Source: Carcharhinus amblyrhynchos
Lineage: Eukaryota
DNA: 64,000 bases
Direction: 5' to 3'
Assembly: GCA_965287045.1 (NCBI GenBank)
Contig: OZ336885.1
Span: 24,056,001 to 24,120,000 of the forward strand
The position numbers and the translations under genes are program-made. Position 1 is the stretch's first letter. Each line of letters starts with the position of its first letter. Below the pieces are notes generated by a model that saw nothing but the letters and a program-made list of their open reading frames with translations, did no database searches and had not been told where the DNA came from. Shown here in pieces: positions 24,133-37,980 of the stretch.

Positions 24133-24781
24133 ATTAATTGATCTTGCAGCTGCGTGGAAAGGTTTTAGAGTGGCAGCTTGTTGTAATTCGCCACCTTTTA
24201 CCGTGGCCACAGTTTATTTTGAAGCCGTTAACTTGGAGAAACTATTTTTTCTTTAACAAGCTGGAATTTCAAAAGGAATTAGGTGACCTGTACGGTTTGA
24301 TGTAAAATCGTGGCATGATCTGTCCCATTTCAGCTGGCAAAGTAGCTATTCTGATGTTCAGTTTTTGTTTAAAGATAACCCGACACTTTTCTCTGTTCAT
24401 TTCTGTCAAAACCTGTTGTGCTAAGTGTACAATAATAATTGTAATTTTGCGTTAAGTGCGTAGTTTTGCAGTCCATTAATTCTAGTGTTACATTGGTCTC
24501 ACATCCAGCTGACATAAGTGTAATGCGAAATAATAAGTGGTAGGAACAACAGAAGGAAATCAGTTATACTGTACTCCCTAACAAGAGCACATTGTATTTC
24601 TTACTTTATTGTGCAAGGGAGAGTGAAATGAGGCAGTATGTAACAGAAACTGCTTCACAGGTTCAATTTGGGGCTGTTATTTAGTGAAAGGTTAAGCACC
24701 AGTCGAAGGCAATAATTGTGTTTTTCTTTATTCTTGGAATGTAAATAGCATTGGTAAAACTATCTCTATTGTCCATTCTCA

Positions 24782-25115
24782 GGCTGGGATTTTCCGGCCC
24801 CTCCTGCCAGCAGGATCTTCTGGTCCCACTGAAGTCGAAGTTAGCACTGCTGCCTCACAGCGCCAGAGACCCAGGGACCTGGGTTCAATTCTGGCCTCGG
24901 ATGACTGTGAGGAGTTTGCACATTCTCTCTGTGTCTGCATGAGTTTCCTCCAGGTGCTCTGCTTTCCTCCCACACTTCAAAGATGTGCAGCTTAGGTTGA
25001 TTGACCGTGGTAAATTGTCCCTTAGTGTCAGGGGACTAGCAAGGTAAAAACATGGAGTTACGGGGTTAGAGACTGCGTTCGCCATGGGAAAACCCACCAC
25101 GGGGAGTCTGGAAGG
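24782..25115. mobile_element. MITE interrupted by a HE1 fragment
   Basis: ggctgggatttccggccc...caggatcttctggtcccac is related to the reverse complement of 36280-36327. Confidence 0.55.
24840..25069 (+). mobile_element. HE1 V-SINE, truncated at both ends
   Basis: gttagcactgctgcctcacagcgcc...ggttcaattc...ggtttcctccaggtgctc...aggggactagcaaggtaaa. Confidence 0.88.
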
Positions 25116-25237
25116 TTCTGGCCCTTGTTGCTCTGACAAGGTGGCAGTGGGCCCTTTCAAAATTGCTGGTGACAGTGATCTCAAAGTGCTGTTTGGTAGA
25201 AAATTCTAAGATTTTGATGATAAACAATGATGATAAT

Positions 25238-25322
25238 AGCCGGGATTCTCCTGGAAAAAAATGCTAAATGCCCAAAAGGCAGGAAAATGGGAGCAGCACA
25301 GCGGGCTGGGAGAATCCCAGCC
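25238..25322. mobile_element. 85-bp Harbinger-type mini-MITE
   Basis: TIR agccgggattctcc / ggagaatcccagcc, with AAT duplicated on both flanks. Confidence 0.75.
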
Positions 25323-26417
25323 AATATGTTCAAATCAGTGGGGCTTGGAGGGCAACTGAGAGACGAAGGTATTTTTGTGATGATAATGTTCTTGTTCTTC
25401 TCATCAGTCCTACAACTGTCCAAGATCTCACCACTTCTCCAATTCTCGCCTCTTGCGCATCTTTGATTTTAATCATTCCAGCATTGTTAGTATTTCTTCC
25501 CAAGTCTCTCCACCTCTCTACCTCTCTATTCCTTAAAACCTACCGTTGACCAAGTTGTACACATGTTTGTCCTGATTATCTCTATATGTGACTCAGGGTC
25601 CAATTTTGTTTGATAATCTTCCTGTGGAGGGTCTTCAGACATTTTATTGTGTTGAACTTAAAGAGCTGCCAACATTACAGCTTGCTTAACAAATATCTCA
25701 AAATTCATGAACCATCCCAACAATGCATACGAATTAAGACTTTAAGATTCAGCTTATATAACAGTACAACTTGAAAATGTAAGTCTGATTAATTATACAA
25801 ATTTATTGACATAAATAGTTCTAATCACATTACACCTTTCCTACATCCCTTTATACATCTATATATAACCTAATCTTCACTGTTGACGCAGGTTCTGCTT
25901 CACCCACAGCCCAGGTATGAATTGCACCGTCCTGTAATGATTTGTGCAAAAATGTTTTCCCTGCCATTAATTCTAATTTCTTACATTTAATTATCTACCA
26001 TGGACCCTCATTATTGATCCCTCAACCATCAGCTAGTGGAAAAGCCTGCTCTTATCTACCCTGTCACATCTGTTGTACTTTTAAACACTTCTAACACATC
26101 AACTCGTAATGTGAATTGTACTAACGATAAAAAAGTCATCAAAATAAATTTGTTAAGCTGTTGCTGTGCTTCCTTTGGAGAGTATATATTTTACTCGTTA
26201 CTTTGTCCTGCTGTTGAGCAAGTCTAAACATTACCAGTTATACTCCAAAAGATGCACCCCATTCAAAAATGTAATAAAACTTAGAATTTCATTTTAGTTA
26301 TTTGTTTACAGTAGTAGCAACATACAAGAAGTTCAATTTTAGCAAGCAAGTCTCAACGTGGGTTGTGCTAAGCAAATCTGTGATATACTGGGAAGTGGCC
26401 ATCATACTTTTCACACA

Positions 26418-26739
26418 CATAGAATTCTACAGTGTAGAAAGAGGCCATTTGGCCCATTGAGACTATGCCGACCACAATCCCACCCATGCCCTATCCCCAT
26501 AATCCCATGCATTTAGTCTAGCTAGACCCCCTGACACTAACGGGCAATTTAGCATGGCCAATCCACCTAACCTGCACATCTTTGGACTGTGGGAGGTAAC
26601 TGCAGCACCTGGAGGAAACCCACGCAGACATGAGGAGAATATATAAACTCTACACAGACAGTGACCCAAGCTGGGAATTGAACTTAGGTGACTGGCACTG
26701 TGAGGCAGCTGTGCTAGCTACTGTGCCACGGTGCCGTCC
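26418..26739 (-). mobile_element. HE1 V-SINE, tail A
   Basis: Full-length reverse-complement match to 22188-22506. Confidence 0.9.
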
Positions 26740-27445
26740 ATGTGTGTCATGTATAATTACAAGATTTGGTAATAAAAGTAAGAGAACACTAATCATTCCC
26801 TGATAATTGCAGAGAAACTTATCCAACAACAGAAAATACCCTTTAATTGACCTCAGGAAATACCTATTTACCACAATTAGTCTAGCGATATGGCAGATTA
26901 CGTACAATTCCACTTCAGAAACAGCATAATCATTTATGCATTACATGGTGTTATGCTCCTGCTGCAAAAAAATAACATGGCCTAGAAATCGGATGTGAAG
27001 GGCATGTGATGTGTGTGATTTAAATTCTACACCAGGCATGTATCACATGCTATATTTATTAAAGTGCCTTCTAACATTCAGAGTACCTGATTCAGGTCCA
27101 TTGCCGAGGCGGATCAGCGACCTACTTCCAATTTCTGATACTGATTGTAGTGTGCTACAGTTTTCTCAGGTGAACAACAACCAAGCCATTGTTTTTTTTT
27201 AAATTTGCTTCTCTAACTATGGAGCCAGAGGAGGAAGAATGCATTGCTGGCATCACTGGCTTGCCCCTGATCTCCTGCCTCGCAGGATTCACAGTAGGTC
27301 CAATAGGTATGTCCTTTGTCCCCTTCACAATCAGCAGATTGCTTCTGGGGACACAACTGCCAATCCCAGCATGTCTGAAGCTTCCTATTGATGCAAGAGG
27401 ACTAATTGCTCATGCTCGTCTTGCTAATCAGTTTTGGTGGATGGT

Positions 27446-27814
27446 TCATAGATGGTTCATCACAGCGCAGTACAGGCCCTTCGGCCCTCGATGTTGCGCC
27501 GACCTGTGAAACCAATCTAAAGCCTATCTAACCTACACTATTCCAATATTATCCATATGTTTATCCAATGACCATTTAAATGCCCTTAATGTTGGCGAAT
27601 CCACTACTGTTGCAGGCAGGGCATTCCACACCCTTACTACTCTCTGAGTAAAGAACTCACCTCTGACATCTGTCCTATATCTATCACCCCTCAATTTAAA
27701 GCTATGTCCCCTCGTGCTAGCAACCTCCATCCAAGGAAAAAGGCTCTCATTGCCCACCTTATCTAAAGCTCTGATCATCTTATATGCCTCTATTAAATCA
27801 CCTCTTAACCTTCT
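27446..27814 (-). mobile_element. CR1 LINE 3' end
   Basis: STRGHSFKLRGDRYRTDVRGEFFTQRVVRVWNALP...FKWSLDKHM; gttcat on both flanks. Confidence 0.9.
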
Positions 27815-27979
27815 TGTTCATGTTCGCCCCAAGTTAGATACAAAACTGTTTCTGAGGCCCATAGCCTCAGGCTCAATGTGAGCAGAACCATGGGACTGTA
27901 GAGAGAAAAAAATGTGAGCGGTGCCAGTGAAATTGCATTTGCTTTGCTGTATTAATAGTGTAAAAATAAATTCCAAAAG

Positions 27980-28275
27980 TAGTGCAGCATTGTTAAAGAT
28001 GCTAAGCCCCTATCTTCCTGTTCAAGTAGATGTTAAAAATCATAGGAGTCTTTTTTAAAGGCTCCGTTTGACTTCTGCTGGTGCCCTAAAAATCATTCCT
28101 TTCTCAGCCAATGCCCTCAACATAAAATGTTGGTTACTCATCTCACAGTTGTTATTTTGCACAAAAATAGATGTTGCACTCAAACAGCAGCAGTGATGGT
28201 GCTAATTGGATATGAAATCAGTTAAAGCATTCTAAGCATTGTAACAAAGCGCTATGGAAATTCCAAGTTCATTTT
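27980..28275 (+). mobile_element. Old Deu-domain SINE with L2-type tail
   Basis: gtgcagcattgt..agatgc...caagtagatgttaaaaatc...ctggtgccct...taaagcatt...aaagcgctatggaaattccaagttc. Confidence 0.55.
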
Positions 28276-28614
28276 ATTTATTTTTTTGAACAATAGGGAG
28301 TCTTGTATCGATAACCATCAGACAAATTTATAGAAGAAACGTGGTTTGTAGTATTCTGGACCAAAAGCTCTACCTTATATTTTTGTTTGAGCAGTTTATC
28401 AGGCACTGATCGGGTTCTCATGTGTGCCGTGTATTTTTTCTGACCTGTCTTAGCTTGTGCTGAAAAGGTTTTTTTGTTAAGTTCTTAAGTTATCTACATA
28501 TGTTGTTATTGTTTCCAAAATTTCAATCAAAGAGCTCCCTTACAAAAATATGAACATTGGTGTACAAAAATAAAATTTACAACAAAAATAAAAGTTTTTA
28601 TTTGAAGGACTCAA

Positions 28615-28880
28615 TTGTGGTGCAGCCTTTCAGCCTCTTATCCTGGCCTCTTATCTCTGGGACACAGATTACAATCCAGTCTGTAGTCATGGTGTGAAAG
28701 TCTTCTCTGTCTGCCTAGCTACAGATGTCTCAAGATATGGGAGTTTGGGCAGCCTTAATACAATTACTAGTTGCCATATGCTTACAGGACTAGACACCCT
28801 AATTTAGCATTAATTGAAAGAGCCCAGTGAATGTGCATTACCTGGGAAGTAGTACAAAAGAGGATTCTCATTAGAAAGTG
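28615..28880 (+). mobile_element. LF-SINE-like ancient SINE
   Basis: ctctgggacacagattacaatccagtc...tgaaagtc...ggagtttgggcagccttaatacaattactagt resembles the LF-SINE B-box and core as I remember them. Confidence 0.45.
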
Positions 28881-31465
28881 AGGAACATTGTTGGGACAGA
28901 GCAAAGAGAGAGAGTGCTTTTCTGGGAGGGTTCAACAACTAACTTAATGATCATAAAAATAAGCATGGTTGTGGCTCCAAGATTCTTTAAAATTTTTCTT
29001 CAAGATTTTTAAACAATTTTACGTTTGCATGCTTCTGCGAAGTCAGCATAACTTTTTCAAACCAAAATGCACTTAGTCAATTGCTCAGCCCTCTCATTCA
29101 CAGTCTTCCAGTGATTTTGTCTTGGATTAGATGCCAAAGCAGTGTGCAATAAATACTTAAATATTTCAGTCCACATCTTAACATTGCAAATGGAAAATGT
29201 CAAAAGTCCTAAAGTTAATTCTATTCCTCACATATAACTCTTTGTGCCTAACCAATGAAAATGTGTTTGCTCTGCAGCACTGTAGCAAGTCAACAAACAA
29301 CAAGCGTATTGTCTACAGAAGATACCTATAGGTGTACCTGATACTGAAGGGGAAGCGCTTACTGTGCCTTAGTAGCAGAACAGCGTTATTGCTTATAGGG
29401 AATACAGTGGCATCCTGTCCTTTTCAAATAGCAATTTTCAAAATGTGAGATAAATGTTTCAGTCGGGGTGCTGCAGATTTTTGTCATTGAAGTGTCTACC
29501 GTGGAACCTCAGGAACTGGGCATAAAGTTTAAATCCATATTGCTGTCAATTTGCATCAATTACCAGTGCTAACAGATTTTGCTGTTGCAATTTAGGATTT
29601 ATCCATCAATACGTGAACAGCTTTGTCTAAAGCCCTCGAGCTACTATGATTCAAACCAGTGGGTGAGAAAAGTAAGTACAACAGGGATCTGAGTTTGGGG
29701 TTGGTTTGCTTGGCCTGACATGTGGCTACAGTTTGTATTAAGGCATAGTATTTTTACTGCACAGATTCTGACCACTGGGAACAACTGTCCCAACTGTTCA
29801 GAACTTTTCCAAGTGAGTTGACAGGCATCTTTTGGGGACGCCATTGATTTTCAAAGACAGTATGACTTTTACTAGATTACATTGATATGTTTCCATATAA
29901 GGGACCCATGTCCACTGTGTGAGTGATAATTTCTTGAATTCACTCTCCTGATGTGGAGTTTCAGTGTTCAGGAATTTTGGTGTTTGTGCCACCCACACAT
30001 TTCCATTTATAACAGATAGAAGATTCTGGGGATATGTTTACAAATTCCCAGTAAGAACCCTCAGCAGGAAAGCTCCTTGCTAGGAGTGAGAGTTCATAAA
30101 ATTTCTGTTCATATCTCCAGCTTGTGTTTTTATCTGGGAACATATCAATGTATTCCAGCTGTAATGTTACAGTGAAATGATACAGTTTTGTATTCCCAGT
30201 ACAGAACTTTGCAAGACAAGGGAGTTCAGAGGGTGCTGCAGGATCATCGTACCCTGTAGCAGAGGAAGAAACACAAGAAAGTCTACCTGGTAGACATTAC
30301 TGTTGCAGGACATTTGACTTTTGGTTCGGCATTTCTAACTCTTTGCCTAACTTGTGAAAGCTACTGTAAGATGATTAGAAACTGTAACTTGCTAAGTTGA
30401 TTACATGACTGGATAAGATGACGTAAGGTGGAGCATAAACACCAGTATAGATCTGTTCAACCCATTGGTCTGTTTCTGTTCTGTAAAATTCTAGGTGATT
30501 TGATGTAATCACAACATCCAAACCATCTTCGTTCAATCCTGGATAAGATGGATTTGAATAAAAGACAGTATTGGGGTGCCATTTTTGCCTGTGTAACCAG
30601 TTTCTGGATTTAATGTGACTATCTCCCCCCCCGCCCTTATTAATTAACACTATTTTTAATACATCAAAGGCCATGGATTCAAATCCCAATAAAGTGATCA
30701 TCAGGAACTGGATTTCCGGCATTTTGAACAAAAGTGAGTTGAAAATTTAGTACAAATAGCTGGGTCCAATTTTCCTATGTGTTGTGTGTGGTGATTGTGT
30801 ATTTTCTGGGCACATGAAATAGGGGCGAAAACCTATGATCTCGGTTCTCTGTCCCTGATATTTTAAAGGATTTCCCCAACTTGAAGTGAGCAGCAACCCA
30901 GCATCTACAATGGATGCCGGCCAAGTGGGCCCATTGAGGCAGGAGCAGATGTGGTTGATTGACTGTGTGACCTAATTTTCCCCAAGGGTCTGTTGGAAAA
31001 TCATCTCGTGTAGGGGAACCGAAAGAAGCTGGCATTTTTAGGGCATCCTTCTCAATTATTCTGGTCTTGAGATCTCACTTCCTGAGTTGCGTACTGAGAA
31101 AAGCAGACCCTGAAACAGAAGAATTTCATTTCTCTTCAAGCCTGGAAGCCTTTTAGCTACTGCTTTCCAAGACAGGCAGAGGTCCCCAGCGACACTGACC
31201 AGGCTCAGAGGTGCACTTGTGGGTCAGGTATCGGTGTCCAAATCACTGACATGCCTAGCAACACCCCACACCGTGAGTTTTATAGAGTAAAATGTATCCG
31301 ATGCCTCGTCTCAATAACCAAACAAGTAGAGGATCTGAGCTCAAGTTTCTGGATTGTACGGTACATGTTTACATGAGAATTACCCATGAACAATGTCACA
31401 GGAGATTGGCTAGTATAATATGAAAAATTGATACATCAATGCCAAAAGCCTCTGACCACATTCAC

Positions 31466-31577
31466 GGCTGGGATTCTCCGGTGCCACCGAAAGTGAGCGG
31501 GAGTTTGGCTGAAACGACAAATTCTCCGTTCTCACTTGCAGTAGGATGGGCACGGATGAGATTGGAGAATCCTGTTC
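31466..31577. mobile_element. MITE
   Basis: TIR ggctgggattctcc / ggagaatcctgttc. Confidence 0.7.
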
Positions 31578-31772
31578 TAAACGTGAGTGCTAAACCCATA
31601 TATACTGCAGATGGGGGTGAGACTTTAGACAGCAAGGCAACCTTTGTTTGTCAAACCGCGTGATTCTATTCTCTATTCTGTTTCAGTGGGTAGAGCGAGT
31701 GCAGTAATTTTCAAAAAAAAGATGTTGGACGGGTTTTATTTTGTGGCTAGCTTATTGTTGTTTTGAGTTTTT

Positions 31773-31988
31773 AGTGGGATTTTCCCTTTACTGCCGACGG
31801 TGCACCCTACTGTGAGTTTGCCGGTGGTGTGGGGTAGATTCAATGGGAAATGCCATTGACAGCGATGGGGCCAGAAGATTCTGCCACCGACTAATGGCAG
31901 GGATGCGTCCCACTGCCGAGAAACATGGCACGTGGGTGGGGTGGGGGGGCGGGGGGCGGAGGTGAGTGGGGGACAGAGAATCCTGCCT
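31773..31988. mobile_element. MITE, ~210-bp family
   Basis: gtgggattttcc / gagaatcctgcct; central tcaatgggaaatgccattga; inverted relative of 32091-32300. Confidence 0.7.
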
Positions 31989-32090
31989 GTAATTGCAGAG
32001 GTAGATTTCATGAATTTGTGCACTGAATTTTGCCCAGGATAGCACTTAACAAGAATTTGGGTACATCTGGAAAAATCATGTTGGGTACGC

Positions 32091-32300
32091 GGGCGAGATT
32101 CTCCGGCTTCCGAGCCGCGTGTTTCTCCCCAGCGGGAGGTGGCGCGTTGTTTGCCAGGGGCGGGATTCTCTGGTCCCACTGCTGTCAATGGGAATTCCCA
32201 TTGATGTCACCCCATGCCGGCAGGAAATCCGTGGGCGGGGGTGCACTGCCAGTGGGACAGGAGAATCCCGCCGGCATGAATGGCCAGAGAATTCTGGCCC
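32091..32300. mobile_element. MITE, ~210-bp family
   Basis: TIR gggcgagattctc / gagaattctggccc; perfect 20-bp palindrome at 32185-32204. Confidence 0.8.
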
Positions 32301-35300
32301 ATGTTTCTGATATGCACTACCAGCATATGAAATTCGACACTAGCACAATGTAAATTTGTACTCTACCCTGATTAATTGAGTGATGCAGGTGATAAGGCCA
32401 TCGTCTGTGTTATGGCTTATCTGGTGGTTTTTTGCAGTATTTCAACAGAAATGCAATGCTATATTGTTGTAAAAAATCACAACTTAGAAGTGTCCTGAGA
32501 AAGAAAAAGCCAACCAATCTATTAAGCTTGCTTCATTCATATGATTATGTGATCTATGATTATTTGATCACAAACTTCCCCTCTTCTCTTCTTCCTTTTG
32601 ATTCCTTACTTTAAGAAACATTAAGTCCTTCTGATCCTTCCTTATTGGTATCTCCCTTTACAAAAGATACCGACTAACTTCTCTGGGAGTCTGATCTACA
32701 TGTCAACTATCTTTTGGAAGTGAGTATTCCATCCCCTCCCGATCTCTAATTAATTATGGGAATCAAACCATTGTCAAAAACTGCCATTTTGGTCTTCACA
32801 GCGACTGTGTAGGCTTTGTTAAAAATTATACGATATTTTCAATTTTGTTTTTCTCATTAGAATCAATTTTTCAAGTTTTTGCCTTTCCGTGCTAAATAGG
32901 GTAAAGATATTTGCGCTGGGCAATGGGACTCTTCATACTTCGAGGATCCAGTGTCAGCATTGTGCCCTGATATAAGTTTAGTAAAGCTTTGCCAGTGAAT
33001 GCCAAATTAGGAGCGGCTTTGTGCCCAATGGAAACTGAATTGACATTGACAAAAATCATACACTTGCGGCCAGAAGACAGCCAGAGGAGAACTTCCATCC
33101 CGTTTTTGGATTTGAAAACAGGTTCCAAAGGAGAAAAGTCAGCCAGCTCAATTTCCTGCTTAACTCCATCGAACCTTTAATGGTGCGGTTCCTGAGTCCC
33201 TCGATATCGTGTGAGAAAAGAAACCACATTGAAAATCTAATACTTGTGCTGAGACAAAATTTGAACCATTTACAAACTCTTCCTTGATTCAGTGCATCAT
33301 TTGTGTTTTAGTCCCTCTATCGAAGAGCCTCTTGGAATTCAAACGACTGGGCTGTACTGCACTGTAGATTATAATTGTATTTGCCACTTCGAATTAACTA
33401 TTATTTACCATGACCTCTATGATTTGAAAATTATTAGAGAGTTATTTCAATGTATTAAAATTACAGTCTGCTCAGCAATAAACTCAAAAGAGTAGTAAGG
33501 TTCATATTGCTTGTATATGGCTGAGTGAACACAAATTTATTCAATAAGTTTCTGTCCATATATAGAATCAGAAATAAGTTTCTGTTCCTCTGATAGCAGT
33601 GTTCTAATTTTGCTCTCCAACTAGGTGAAGTGATAATAAAAAAAATTACAGCCATAAAATCTGAATGATTCTGTTAACTTGAGAAAGTAATGACCTGTCA
33701 TTAACATTGTTTTTGTTAGAAAATATTTTTTCGCTATTTCGAACCCACCATTTACGATACTCCAAAGTAGATTTTAAATACTGTGTAAATCAGCGTACAG
33801 TCACTTTTTTGTGATTGCTAAGCATTTGTTTGCAGTTCAGCTGGAATGTGACCAATGTTTTTTTTAAAAAAAACTGCAATTCGAGGTTAATGTCATTTCT
33901 CGGGCAATAGACACGAGTTATTAGAGTGTGTTCATAAACCTTAGTTTATTCACATTTACTCTTATATGCATTGATTTTTATGAAACATGTTAAAGAAACT
34001 GCCGGGTTGCTGTAGCTGCTCTATTTCCTTTTTACGAGTCTGTTCAAATAGACCATTGTAAAGAGTAAATAAATTACGCACTGCTTTGTTGGCTTTTTGC
34101 AGCAGCAGGCATAGTTCCAAGCAGCTGCTTTATTATAGATGCAGACCCAGCTGAACACAAAGCAGGCAGCAGGCCGCACACTTCAAGGTCAAAGGTTTAC
34201 AAACTGATGGCCTCATGCATCATTGAAAAGTTTTGTTAGCTGTACACCTACATGTCTTCTGAGCGAGTTTTGCTTGTCTGTTAGCAGCTCAGGCTCGACA
34301 GCTGAAATTCTTGGGGGCAAGTAAAGATAAAGAAAAAAAAATCGTAACCAAAAGAAAAAAGTTTGTGTGTTTGTTGCAAACCTACGTGTTCACTTGCAAT
34401 AGTTCTGGCCAGTGGAAACAAAGGCCCTTCATGAGGAATTTGATAGCAGACCCTGGTTCACTTTTAGTGCAATGTGGCATTTGATAGCATGACAGAGTAG
34501 TCTACAGGACTGTCTTCTATACAAGTTAAGTGTGTGTTTGTGATGTCTTTCTCGGAACTAAAAATATTTTATTCAGAAAATAACTCAACTGATGCTTTTT
34601 TTAAAAAAAAATCAGCATCTTTCACATCCAGCTGATTTTCTAAGAAACCACATTAATTTCAATATTCAAAATAAATTTTAGCATAGAAGTTCCCTGGAAA
34701 CTTTTCAAACTTTACGTTGATGTAGCAGGAAAACAATGTTGCAAACCTCAGACAGACATGGTGAATATTTACATGCGGGCTGACACCTAGAATTATTGCA
34801 AAATTATTGTTTAAAAGAATGATACTTAACATAACAGCCTGGCGATGCCAATGTACAAAACTGTTTGTAACTCTAGTATCTAATCCAAGTCTTCACTATT
34901 TTAATAGTGCACCAACTCATTTGCAATAAACAGATTAACCCATCTTTCAAAATAGAGCAGAGTGAAATTTGATATGGGCACATTAAGCGTTCGTAGAATG
35001 ATATCACCCACAAGGGGTAATCTTACAAGCCTGAGCTGCTAGTAGGCAGCCTTGTCTGATGGCAGCATATAGACTCATAAAGTTACGCCTACAGCGTCAG
35101 GCAAAATGGTGAAGCCAATCATCTGTCGATAAAAAGTAATTACTATTGAATGCACTTCTCACAAAATCACTGGTTACAGTGTAAGCTGCAATGAACTTTA
35201 TCTAATTTTTATCACCTGCAAAAAAAAAGCTTAATGTAGCAACCAAAACTGTTGCAGCAAAGCTGCAGGATTTAATTTGGCAGTTTATCGACCATCCTTT

Positions 35301-36329
35301 GCTTAAAAGAGAACCAAGCCCAACCTAACTACAGTGCTCAGTAATGCAAGGCTGTCTTTATATTATTGTTCTCGCCGACTAAAAACTAGATGCTACAAGC
35401 TTTGCTTTCAATGGAGCTAATAAACCAGGAGGTTAAACTAACAAACTTAGTATGATGTATGAAAAAAAATCTGTGAATTGAATTGTAAACAATGCCAGTG
35501 GCAGGTGCTGTCCCAAATTTGTTCCAGATGGAATTATTTGTTTTGTAGCTAAGTTTTTGAAACTTCTTTGTGTAAGTTAAGACTTCATTGTGCAGGCTAA
35601 ATGAAGGCAACCCCCAGGCAAAGTTTGCTGCAACAGGTGTTTTAGAAGGCCATTTACACCTAACACTTTGATATGATTGGTGAATGACATCAGTCACCCG
35701 CAGAACAGGATGAAGAGCAAAAAAAAGTGTAAGAATTTGAGTGTTTCAAGAAGCTGTTTACAATGTCTACTGTATGATTTAGAGTAAATGAAGGGGACTG
35801 GGTGCTAAAAGTACAGTGCCTACTTAGAGATATTGTTGAGTGTAGACCTCCTTCCTCCTTTTTGTTAGTGAAAACTTTTGAACAGTGCTAGAAGTTATAC
35901 ACTTATGGGGAAAAAATTCGACTGGGCCTATTTTTTTGGCAAGGGAACATGATTCACAATCTGCTCACACCCCATTCCCTTGAGACAGGCAGCATGCAAG
36001 CTTCATGCTGCCTTCTCAAATCCACGCATTCTGCCTGTAGCCCTGGGCGACCCACGCTGCCAGCTGACTGGAGGCTACATCTGTTGCAGCTAACCTGCAA
36101 CTCTTAAAGGCAGTCTTCCCTCATTAAGAGGCAGCTGCACTGATTCAGTGGAGCTGCTAACTGCCAATGTTCACCATTGGATACCAACAGGTGATCTACT
36201 GGCTCCATCAATGTCTACGGCATTTTGCGTGGCTTGCCTGTCCCCAGTGCCAGGGAAAGCGCTGTTGGGATTGCCTTTGGTGGGACCAGAAGATCCTGCC
36301 AACCGGAAGGGCTGGAAAGCCCCACCCAA

Positions 36330-37760
36330 AGAGTTTGATGCCGATGACTTGGCAGCAATGCTTGAAGAAGTTTAATGACCTCACGTAGATAATCAGTGTC
36401 AGTGAATGCATCCTTGCACAAAACCCCATCGCTCCTACACCACCAACCTCCCACCCTGCCCAATATACGTTTTCACCCGTCAGCAGTCCTTAGCATTCAG
36501 GACTAATATTCAGGTGTTCCGGCTCATCTTCAGACATCTTTCAATGATGCCAGCCTCACACCCACCTCTCACTTCCTGTACATTAGCTATTCAGTTACGT
36601 GGGTCACATCACCCAAATACATTACAGCTCATTAGTTGTCGTACTTTGCTCTCTCCTACAGGATAATAAGTTGTGGTGAAATAAAGGGAAGCACCAGCAA
36701 ACTGCGTTGCGGAGGCCAGGCACACCTTCATCTCTGAGCCTGATGGAGGAAATTGTGCTCTATATCATGGCAAAGCCCGTCGCATCTTGCACCACTGAGA
36801 ACTTTCAGGAGGGTGAAATGTTCCTGCCTTTTGCCCCTTCTCAATTCCTAGCTCACTCTCATCCTGGTATCTGACATAATGTCCAATCTGTAGCTGTACC
36901 ACCTGCTCTACACCCCATCATCAATGCCCACCCCAACAACACCACTGACACCTCCCCACCCTGGCCCTAACTCTGATCTTATACTTGCAAAAATTCAGGA
37001 ACTGCTGGCAGGCCAGTCACAGCAAATAATAGCGTCGCAAACACCTTGGTGGCAGCATAGGCACTGGATCAGCATGTGGTGAAATAGTGGGCATTAATGG
37101 GCTAATGGGCTGTGGCAAGGCAGTGGAAAAGAATAGCTCACTGGAGGGCGAAGTCCCTGACAAGTGTTGTTACATATGTCTCACATGAGGAGTTCAGGGG
37201 CAGCATCAAGGAGAATGTTGTTGATGATGTACTTTGAGATGCTTGGGTACATTGGCTAGCCTGCCAGACAGCCTACTGCAAATATCAGGGAACATAGGGG
37301 AGTTCAGCTCCATCAGACAGTAGCTGTCAACTCCGCATTAACACTAGCAGACCCAGATGTGATGCTGTGTCTGTTGACTGCTGTCTTAGCTTCCTCTGCA
37401 ACGCAAGTGGAAGCTATCCAATGTCTCTGTGATCTATGTGTTGCAATCAAAACTAAGACCAAGGTCATGACATCCATGTTGCTGCTATGCAGATTCAGAA
37501 TGCTGCTATCGTGACTGTAGATATCAGTCCTATCGTGGCGAACAGCCTCTCACATCAGTCCAGCAATCTGTGCTCCAGCAGATTACTAGAATTGCTGAGA
37601 TGCTGCCCTGTGAGAGCAGCACATGTGGCATTAAGGAATACAAACCTCTCAGAATGATAGTATTCATGCTTCCACTACTGCCTTGCTGTTGCCCCTCAGA
37701 GAACCAGCCCAGAATACTGTTGCCAATGCCAAGATGTGCTTTCCAATATCAAAAGGCCAC
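36330..37760 (+). pseudogene. Decayed Harbinger Myb/SANT-like DNA-binding gene (multi-exon)
   Basis: TWQQCLKKFNDLT followed by a gtcagt donor; next exon after cctacag (36660) gives a GGQAHL...MEEIVL-like sequence; later MLGTLASLPDSLLQIS; stops and frameshifts. Confidence 0.65.
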
Positions 37761-37980
37761 TGTAGTGATAGTTCGGGGATTGTAGTGGTTCACTATCAGA
37801 CCTGTCAGTTTATTGAAGGATTTTAAATCTGGAGCTGCCAGGTAGAGTCTACTCTTCATGGTTTTGGAAGTTGGGGCCCTACAAGCTGTCAAGAGGATGA
37901 TCTTCTTTGCTGGTCATCCCCATCCATCCGTTTTGCCTGGAAGAAGTACTGGGGCCTATCCTCCTCACCTACATCATACT

